Source: Octopus sinensis (Eukaryota). From it: 13,821 nt of DNA. Under the pieces are notes generated by a model that saw only the letters and a program-made list of their open reading frames with translations, had not been told where the DNA came from and searched no databases. Numbering within the stretch: the stretch's first letter is position 1; each line of letters starts with the position of its first letter. Positions 1 through 7,908 of this stretch are shown in pieces. The stretch lies in assembly GCF_006345805.1 (NCBI RefSeq), contig NW_021826005.1, positions 1-13,821 of the forward strand, given 5' to 3'. The position numbers and the translations under genes were made by a program.

Positions 1-83
1 CCTTGATAATGGAGTGTCTTCCTGTTACTGGACTGACCAAGGGCTAAGCAATAATGATAGCCACTCTGTCATATAATTCTTGT

Positions 84-662
84 CACACACACACAGACAC
101 ACACACACACAGACACACACACACACACACACACAGACATGCACACACACACACAGACACGCACACACACACACACAGACACGCACACACACACACACAT
201 ACATACAACCTATCAATATATACACGCATACATAGATGTAGCCGAAGCTCCAGTATGGCCTGAACCGTGTTGCTTTATGCTAGCTAAAAACTATAGCATA
301 CCGACACATACATACGCACACACGTACACACAGATAATATGCTCTCACACACACACATACATGGCACACACATACAAGCATACACACACGTACATAGAAA
401 CACATTCCATACAAACGTACACACAACATAAATTCACACACACACACACATACGAACAACCTTTAGCGCTCTTTCCCTCTTACATGTGTGTGTGTGTGTT
501 TGTCTGTGTGTGTGTGCATGTGCGTGTGTTGTGTGTATGTGTGTACATTTGGTACACACATAGTTTGGTGTATCTATGTACATACACACGCGCATACAGA
601 AATATATCAACATACATTCATATACACATACACGCACACACACACACACATATATATAAACA
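84..662. repeat. (CA)n/(CAGA)/(CATA) compound microsatellite field with a short unique spacer
   Basis: Direct reading: long CA runs at 84-205, degenerate CA/TA/TG runs at 305-662. Confidence 0.95.
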
Positions 663-664
663 TA

Positions 665-1495
665 CGTCTCTCTTTCTCCCTCTCTCCCTCTCTTCGTCAC
701 CACCATCATCTCTCCCCACCACACACATGTACATACCTCTCACTGCCTCTCACGTCTTCATTCTCTCCTCTTCTCCTTTCTCCTTTCCCTCTCTCTCTCT
801 CTCTCTCTTTCTCTCTCTGTCTCTCTCTGTTCCTTTTAACAAACCGAACTCCAGTTCTTTCTCCCTCTCTCTCTTCTCTTTCTATCTCTCTCTACTCCTC
901 TCGTCTATTTTCTTCTCTTCCCTTTCCTTCCCGCGAGGACTTCCACCCCCCTCAATCCCGCTTGCAATCTCTACATCTGCCCACACCACCACCAACTCTT
1001 GCTACTCCCTCACCTTCAACCCCCGCCTTCCACCATCGCCTCCCCCAGCTTCACCTCTTTCTCCTTATCCTCCTCCTCCACCACTTCCTACAACTGCTAC
1101 GACTACGGCAGCGTCGACTCTACACCTTCCTCTTTCTCTCTCTCTCTTTCTTACTTTCTTTCTTTCTCCCTCTTTACTCGCTCTTTATCTCTCTCTCTAT
1201 CTCCCTCTTCTCCTCTCACTCATTTTTACCTTCCTCTGCCTCTCTCATTCCTGTTCTCTCTCCGTCTCTCTCACTTTCACTCCTTCTTCCTTTGCTACTC
1301 TCTCTCTCTCTTTCTTACTTTCTTTCTTTCTCCCTCTTTACTCGCTCTTTATCTCTCTCTCTATCTCCCTCTTCTCTTCTCATTCATTTCTACCTTCCTC
1401 TGCCTCTCTCTCATTTCTGTTCTCCCTCCGTCTCTCTCACTTTCGCTCCTTCTTCCTCTGCCACTCTCTCTCTTTCTTTCTCTCACTCCATCTCG
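665..1495. repeat. Polypyrimidine (CT)n/(CTTT)n tract including a ~164-bp tandem duplication at about 1136-1477
   Basis: Strand is almost purely C/T. Motif TTCTTACTTTCTTTCTTTCTCCCTCTTTACTCGCTCTTTATC occurs twice, with TTAC at 1151 and 1315. Confidence 0.9.
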
Positions 1496-1720
1496 CCCCC
1501 ACCACCACCACCACCAACCTGCCTCTCGTCGTCGCCGTCGCCACCACAGCCGCCGCCGTCTTTATCAGCGCCACCATCTCCAACAACACCATCATTCACA
1601 TTAAACAATAAATAACACTGTAAGAACAACAACATCATCAGCATCACCATCATCATTATCATTGCCTTCATCACCATCACCATCACCATCACCATCATCA
1701 TCGTCGTCGTCATCATCATC
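1496..1720. repeat. Trinucleotide (CAC)/(CAT)/(GTC)/(AAC) simple repeats
   Basis: Direct reading. Confidence 0.85.
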
Positions 1721-1963
1721 TTCTAGGCGCAGCTTCTTCTTATAAGCTTATAATACTTACCCCGAAGAAAGGGTGCGAGCGAAGTCTGCGAAAGAAAGAG
1801 AACGCCTTACGTTCAAAATCAAGAGGAATATAGTTTACTTTAGCGTCGGGACTTATTTTCATCACTTCTTTCCATTTGGCTTTCACTGTGACAACTACTA
1901 TTACTACTATTAACACCACCACTACTACTGCCATACACGCATACTGGTACAGAAACTTCAGGT

Positions 1964-1964
1964 T

Positions 1965-1998
<34 letters not shown>

Positions 1999-2031
1999 GA
2001 TTACTATTACTACTACTAGTACTACTACTAC
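1964..2031. repeat. (ACT)n microsatellite
   Basis: Direct reading. Confidence 0.9.
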
Positions 2032-2246
2032 AGTTTGTGTTACTTTTAGCGTCTTCAGATGTGTACCACGTAGTCCAGTTTACTATGACTATTGCAGGTA
2101 ATGGTTAATGGCTTAATTATCGCTAACTACAACAACAATAACAATAATTACAAACACTACTACTAGCTATAATAGTAACAAACATCAACAAACAATATCA
2201 CTAACAATTGTTGACACGACAAACCGAACACTAACTACCGCAATAG

Positions 2247-3017
2247 TTACCAACCACAAATACTAAAAAAAAAAACTACTACCGCCCACTCTACAACGCC
2301 ACGAGTGTCTACTACAACAGTAACAACAACAAAAACACAACCACTACGAACTACATCAGTAGCAACAACAATAATTTAATCATCATCACTGCTACTACCT
2401 CCACCACAATTAACAACGAGTGTGGTGAAAATAATAATGAAAACACCGGTTCTGTAGTCGAGAATCCAAACACTACAGCCATCGCCGTCGGCTCCGTCGC
2501 CTCGTCTGAAATCACTACTACCACCACCACCACCACTACTACCACTACCACTACCAGCTCCCGTACTATCTCAGTGTCTGTCGTCAATAGCACCACCACC
2601 ACCACTACCACCACCACCACCACCACCATTTCATCTCCGGATAGCCCGCGGCTGTTCGCTTCCGGTGACGGCAATGGTGTTACAGGTAGCAAACATGTCG
2701 CCGACACCGCGACCGACGTCACCACCACCACCACCGCCACCACCACCACTACTACCACCGTAGCTGCATCCACCAATGGTGATGGTGGTGGTAGTAGTGG
2801 TGGCGAGAGCGGTATAGGTTCGGGCGGTGGTGGTGGCGGTGGTGGTGAAGTTGTTGGTGGTGATAGTGGTAGTGGTGATGGTGGTGGTGGTAGTAGTAGT
2901 AGTAGTAGCGGTGGTGTTGGTAGTAGTAGTGAAAGTAGTTGCGATGATGCCATCGAGAGTGGTGGTGGTGGTGGTGGTGGTGATGGTAGTGGCGGTGATA
3001 GTTTAGCCAGAGGCGGG
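2247..3017 (+). CDS. In-frame upstream extension of the same exon (257 codons, no in-frame ATG)
   Basis: No stop between TAG 2244-2246 and ATG 3018. Reads as Asn/Thr/Gly/Ser-rich protein (...NNECGENNNENTGSVVENPNTTAIAVGSVASSEITT...). Would need an upstream exon, a non-AUG start or a sequence correction. Confidence 0.45.
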
Positions 3018-3355
3018 ATGGATGTCGGCAACAGAGTCGATAGTAGTCGCAATAACAACAACAATCTTGATAATACTACTACCACTACTACTACCGCTAC
3101 TACTACTACTACTAATGATTGTAATACTAGTAAAGGTAGCTATAGCAACGGTATAAATAGTAGTATTAGTAGTAGTAGGAGCTGCAGTGGCAAAAGCACC
3201 GCGACAAGTGGTTTCCGAATTGGCGGGTGCCCGTTCTCAAGACTCGGAGGAAGAGGTAGGGTAGAGTATGGGGGTGGCGACGGAGGTGGTGGCGGTGGCG
3301 GCGGCGGCGGCGGCGGTGTTGGTAGCCCACCCGACGACGAGTCTTTGCCCTCACT

Positions 3356-3386
<31 letters not shown>

Positions 3387-3962
3387 CGACAATCATCATC
3401 AACAACAACAACTACAACATCAACACCAACAACATTGAAACTACATATTCACTCGACAGCGACAACAACGGTGTCCACCACGACGACGACAATGACAAGC
3501 ACGACAACAGCAACAACACCAACAACAACAACAACAACAACAGCAACAAAACCGACGACACCGACACTACAACAACAACAACAACAAAAGCCGCACGTGG
3601 CCGGGTTGTGTATGTGGGCCACAGGATCTCACAAAAGCACATCGCCCTTCTCATCTCAGTCATCAACGACTTCGGCAAATTCTTCTTCTTCGTCGTCGTC
3701 GTCGTCATCTATGGTCCCTACGGCCGGTATGGGTGGTAGTGGTGGTGGTGGTGGTGGTGGTGGTGGTGGCGGTGGCGGTGGCGGGGGCTGTAGCCCCACG
3801 GTCACCAGCCCCGGTAGTAAGAGACAGCGCAAGATCAGTAATATATCGACGACCTCGTCTTCGGCAGGGTCTGACTCGGAAGGAGTCCAGGATGTTTACA
3901 CGGAGAGACGAGTCGAGTTACGCGGACTCATCGAAGCAGTTGGCACCCTTATTTTACCCACG
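3018..3962 (+). CDS. Coding exon (ATG-to-donor portion, 315 codons) of an unidentified protein with poly-T/G/S/Q low-complexity tracts; gene continues past a phase-0 intron
   Basis: Lies in a stop-free frame running 2247-4001. Repeats are codon-phased (pure CAA x10 = Gln at 3357-3386; about 16 Gly at 3741-3788). Complex segments KPHVAGLCMWATGSHK and PGSKRQRKISNISTTSSSAGSDSEGVQDVYTERRVELRGLIEAVGTLILPT end exactly at ACG|GTAAGT. First in-frame ATG is 3018; true start uncertain. Confidence 0.7.
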
Positions 3963-3968
3963 GTAAGT
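3963..3968 (+). other. 5' splice donor (GTAAGT), phase 0
   Basis: Perfect consensus CG|GTAAGT at the end of the complex coding stretch; sequence becomes AT-rich and repeat-derived immediately afterwards. Confidence 0.8.
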
Positions 3969-4004
3969 AAATCCCACTTTCAACGTATTGTAGTTTTGTA
4001 GTAA

Positions 4005-4356
4005 TTGTTGTTGTTGATGATGGTGACCACGATGATGGTGTTATTATTTAACCCCAGGTGGACCCCGATCCAGCACATCTAAGAACAAAGGATCCAGTAG
4101 CACCTGTCACCTTGGCCTTTAATATGTCTGTGTGTGAATAGGTATATTGTATTATAAAGAGAAAAAAAAATGGATCAAAGGTCTACCTGGGGTTCCCTTG
4201 CAGGATTGCTCATTTTCTACTAGCTAAGTGGACCGGTACAAAATAAAATAAGGGTTCTTACTAAAGAACACAACGTGTCGCCCGGTCCAGGAATCGAAAC
4301 CAGAATCTTACGATTACGAGTGTAACGCCCTTAGCCACTAAGTCAAACGGCTTCAC
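4005..4356 (-). mobile_element. Degenerate tRNA-derived SINE (family C), antisense to the gene
   Basis: Reverse complement begins GTGAAGCCGTTTGACTTAGTGGCTAAGGG (A-box-like), then GGTTTCGATTCCTGG (B-box-like), GTTGTGTTCTTTAGTAAGAAC body, and ends ...CCACCTGGGGTTAAATAATAA plus a (CAT)/(CAA) simple-repeat tail. Confidence 0.7.
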
Positions 4357-5025
4357 ATATCTGTATGTGTCTGTGTATGTATGTTTACATATATATCTGT
4401 GTGTGTGTGTATAAATATCTATATATGTGTGTTTGTAAACATACATATCTATATATATATGTGTCTGTGTGTTTACATATATATATATATGTGTGTATAC
4501 ATACATATATATCTATATATATGTGTCTGTGTGTTTACATACATATCTATATATATGTGTCTGTGTGTTATATATATATATATATGTGTATACATACATA
4601 TCTATATATATGTGTCTGTGTGTTTACATACAGATGTATATGTGTGTATACATGCATATCTATATATATATGTGTCTGTGTGTTTACATACATATCTATA
4701 TGCGTGTGTGTGTATAAATATCTATATGCATGTGTGTGTGTATACATACATATCTATATGTGTGTGTGTATACATACATATTTATATATATGTGTGTGTG
4801 TGTGTGTGCACATACATATCTGCACGTGTGTGTATGTTGTACGTATGTTTCTCCATGCATGTGCGTGTGTGTGAGTGTGTGTGTACATACATGCCTGTAC
4901 GTGTGTGTGCATGCTGTGCGTATGTTTCTCCTTGCATGTGTGTGTATGCCTGTGTCAATGTGTGTGCACATACATATCTGTGTGTGTGTGTGTGTTGTGT
5001 GTATGTTTTTTCTAGCATGCGTGTA

Positions 5026-5078
<53 letters not shown>

Positions 5079-5115
5079 TGTATTTGTGTGTCTGTGTGTT
5101 TGTGTGTCTGTGTGT
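4357..5115. repeat. Compound (TA)/(TG) microsatellite organised into 25-35 bp higher-order units, ending in a pure (GT)n run
   Basis: Repeated TACATACATATCTATATATATGTGT(CTGTGTGTT) units at 4380-4800; (GT)n at about 5029-5077. Confidence 0.95.
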
Positions 5116-5311
5116 CCACGGAACACAGGCTTTACATTATCCGAAATGTCCACTTCCCATAAAAGAGTTTAGACGGTGTAATTATGACACAGCTAGGGTT
5201 ATTTGACTGCTATTTCTAGGAGATCGATTGACCACGTTCAGGCCCCTTCCTTGTTTCCATGTAACGGCATGGGAGAGGGGGGGGAGGCGGTGCGGAAGCC
5301 GAATGCTGACC

Positions 5312-5412
5312 CATTTATTTATTTATTTATTTATTTCTGTATTTTTGTAATTCATATTTGTTTTTATTATTTAGATTTATTTATTTGTTTATTTATTTTG
5401 CGTTTTTTTTTT
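5312..5412. repeat. (ATTT)n AT-rich repeat
   Basis: Direct reading. Confidence 0.85.
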
Positions 5413-5429
5413 TCAATAATGTTGAGCAA

Positions 5430-5522
5430 TAACGGAGTTCGGCTTGCAAACGACGTGGTTCCAAGTTCGGTCCCACTGCGCGTTACCTTAGGCAAATGGA
5501 CTTTTACTAAAGCCCCGGGATG
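5430..5522 (+). mobile_element. Old degenerate 5' fragment of SINE family A
   Basis: GTGGTTCCAAGTTCGGTCCCACTGCGCGTTACCTTAGGCAAATGGACTTTTACTAAAGCCCCGGG aligns by eye to the head of the copy at 5601. Confidence 0.6.
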
Positions 5523-5553
5523 GCAAATAACTTTACCACACACGGAAGTCAGT

Positions 5554-5584
<31 letters not shown>

Positions 5585-5600
5585 CTCCTGTATATATAAG

Positions 5601-5767
5601 TGGAGGGGTTGTGTTGGTAAGTAGCTTGCTTACTAACCACATGGTTCTGGGTTCAGTCCCACCGCGTGGCACCTTGGGCAAGTGTCTTCTACTATAGCCT
5701 CGGGCCGACCAAAGCCTTCTGAGTGGATTTGGTAGACGGAAACTGAAAGAAGCCCGTCGTATATATG

Positions 5768-5798
<31 letters not shown>

Positions 5799-6040
5799 AT
5801 GTTTGTGTGTGTATGTGTGTGTGCGTGTGTGTGTTTGTGTGTCTGTGTTTCTCCACCATCGCTTGACAACCGATGTTGGTGTGTTCACGTCCCCGTAACT
5901 TAGCGGTTCGGCAAAAGAGACCGATAGAATAAGTACTACGCTTACAAAGAATAAGTCCTGGGGTCGAGTTGCTCGACTAAAGGTGGTGCTTCGGCATGGC
6001 CACAGTCAAATGACTGAAACAAACAAAAGAATAAAAGAAT
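5601..6040 (+). mobile_element. Full-length tRNA-derived SINE family A with internal (TA)/(TG) microsatellite
   Basis: Head ...GGTAAGTAGCTTGC...GGGTTCAGTCCC (B-box-like); body GGCACCTTGGGCAAGTGTCTTCTACTATAGC; microsatellite 5760-5848; tail ...GCATGGCCACAGTCAAATGACTGAAACAAACAAAAGAATAAAAGAAT. Homologous to copies at 10148 and 12125. Confidence 0.9.
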
Positions 6041-6099
6041 GTGTGTGTGTATATGTGTGGGGGGTAGATGGGCGTGTGTGTGTGTTAACGTGTGTCAGT

Positions 6100-6268
6100 C
6101 ATGGCAGCCGGTGCTGGTTTATTTACATCCTGTAACTTAACGGTTTGGCAACGGATTAAAAGCGTAACAGTTAACTATCAAACAGTAAAGGTAAATACTG
6201 GGGGTAGATTTGTGTGGCTGCCCCAGCATGACCGCAGCCTCAAAGGCTGAAAGCAGGTAAAATAATTA
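6100..6268 (+). mobile_element. Degenerate 3' fragments of a family A-like SINE
   Basis: CCGGTGCTGGTTTATTTACATCCTGTAACTTAACGGTTTGGCAA and GCTGCCCCAGCATGACCGCAGCCTCAAAGGCTGAAAGCAGGTAAAA resemble the body and tail of the family A copies. Confidence 0.6.
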
Positions 6269-6299
6269 AGGGCAAAATATAGAAAGGGAGAAAATCCGA

Positions 6300-6611
6300 A
6301 GATACACACACGCACACATACACACACGCACGTACACACACGCAAATACACGCACATACATATACACACATACACATATATATACATGCACACATATATA
6401 CATACCTACATACATATATACTACATATGTATATATATACATACACGTGGATGCATACATACATACATACATATACATATACATATATATATATACATAA
6501 ATATATATATATACACACACGTATACATATATATATATATACACCACATACATATATATATATACACACGTGCGTGCATACATTTATGTCTATACATATG
6601 CATGCATATAT

Positions 6612-6648
<37 letters not shown>

Positions 6649-6700
6649 GGAGAGATACACACACATGCACATGCGCACATGCACCACCCCCCCCCCCCCC
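6300..6700. repeat. Compound (CA)/(TA)/(GA) microsatellite ending in a C-run
   Basis: Direct reading. Confidence 0.95.
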
Positions 6701-6734
6701 GGCACACATACACGCCCGTACATACGCACAGGAT

Positions 6735-6882
6735 AGCGGGCTTCCGCGCGGTTTCCGTCTATCAAGTGCCCTCATATTAATCAACCTGGATCGGTGAAAG
6801 AAAACATTTGTCCGAAGTGCCATGCACTGGGGTTGAACCCGAAACGATCCTTTTTGCAATCCTTTTGCGAAGCAAACTTCCG
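6735..6882 (-). mobile_element. Degenerate 5' fragment of SINE family A, minus strand
   Basis: GCGGGCTTCCGCGCGGTTTCCGTCTATCAA...GTGCCATGCACTGGGGTTGAACCCGAAAC parallels the minus-strand copy at 12387-12500. Confidence 0.6.
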
Positions 6883-6921
6883 ACCCCCCCCCACGCACAC
6901 ACACACCCACCCACGTTTGCG

Positions 6922-6922
6922 C

Positions 6923-6955
<33 letters not shown>

Positions 6956-7002
6956 GAGTAGTTGTTGTAGTAGTAGTAGTTGTAGTAGTAGTAGTAGTAG
7001 TT
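6922..7002. repeat. (TAG)n microsatellite
   Basis: Direct reading. Confidence 0.95.
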
Positions 7003-7306
7003 ATGTTGTTGGTGTTCTGTTGGTGTTCTGAGGGTGGTGTATTGGTATCATCACTTGTGCGTCGAACAAAGGGACATTCTCGCACGCTTGGTTACGTTCA
7101 CCCCGAGTTCAAATCTTGTCCGCGCTGTGTGTACTTTCACTTTCATCTTTGTGTGTGAGGCGATGGTGGGGGCGACAGATACATGAAATACATGAAGCGG
7201 GTGGTTTGTATACAGGTGTATATAAACGGGTGCTATTCAATGTTTCATGCACGGTACCCCATCAATTTAACCCTTTACTCGACCAAAGCAATTTGATAAC
7301 ATTGTT

Positions 7307-7908
7307 GGTGAGCTGGCAGAATCGTTAGCGCGCCGGGCGAAGTGCTTAGTGGTATTTCGTCTGCCACTACGTTCTGAGTTCAAATTCCGCCGAGGTCGAC
7401 TTTGCATTTCTTCCTTTCGGGGTCGATTGAATAAGTACCAGTTACGCACTGGGGGTTGATATAATCGACTTAATCCGTTTGTCTGTCCTTGTTTGCCCTC
7501 TCTGTGTTTAGCCCCATGTGGGCAATAAAGAAATAGGTATTTCGTCTGCCGCTACGTTCTGAGTTCAAATTCCGCCGAGGTCGACTTTGCATTTCTTCCT
7601 TTCGGGGTCGATTGAATAAGTACCAGTTACGCACTGGGGGTTGATATAATCGACTTAATCCGTTTGTCTGTCCTTGTTTGCCCTCTCTGTGTTTAGCCCC
7701 TTGTGGGTCGTAAAGAAATAGTATTTCGTCTGCCGCTACGTTCTGAGTTCAAATTCCGCCGAGGTCGACTTTGCATTTCTTCCTTTCGGGGTCGATTGAA
7801 TAAGTACCAGTTACGCACTGGGGTCGATATAATCGACTTAATCCGTTTGTCGGTCCTTGTTTGTCCCCTCTGTGTTTAGCCCCTTGTGGGTAATAATGAA
7901 ATAGGTAT
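7307..7908 (+). mobile_element. tRNA-derived SINE family B: one complete copy (7307-7535) followed by two tandem 5'-truncated units (7536-7720, 7721-7903)
   Basis: Head GGTGAGCTGGCAGAATCGTTAG (A-box-like) occurs once; B-box-like GAGTTCAAATTCC occurs in each unit. Units start GGTATTTCGTCTGCC at 7351, 7536 and 7721 (period 184-185). Probably one of the tRNA-derived octopus SINE families; name not verified. Confidence 0.92.

Noticed and set aside
25-1615. Long ORFs such as 139-1611 (490 aa) and 488-1615 (375 aa)
   Set aside because: HTHT/CVCV/SLSL translations of (CA)n and (CT)n repeats, which lack stop codons by composition; no protein signal.
2351-3708. Minus-strand ORFs (poly-Val/Pro/Leu) opposite the exon
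   Set aside because: Antisense shadows of the + strand codon repeats; the + frame is longer and ends at a canonical donor.
3900-3962. Gene-name guesses from partial resemblance of VELRGLIEAV / TLILPT to PMCA, ADCY8 or PI3K N-terminal segments
   Set aside because: Only 4-6 residue similarities with inconsistent spacing; no symbol is justified without a search.
5165-5245. Possible further decayed interspersed repeat (ATTTGACTGCTATTTCTAG)
   Set aside because: Seems familiar as an octopus repeat fragment, but there is no second copy in the window to support it.
5601-5670. tRNA genes at the SINE heads (also 4290-4356, 7307-7390, 10148, 12481, 12890)
   Set aside because: A/B-box-like motifs are present, but no complete cloverleaf was evident and each continues into a SINE body.
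4261-6765. Many YIYI/VCVC ORFs on both strands, and similar ones at 7876-8934 and 10127-10530
   Set aside because: Dinucleotide microsatellite artefacts.
7351-7903. Regularly spaced repeats suggestive of a CRISPR array
   Set aside because: Units are contiguous ~185-bp SINE copies with no unique spacers, in eukaryotic DNA.
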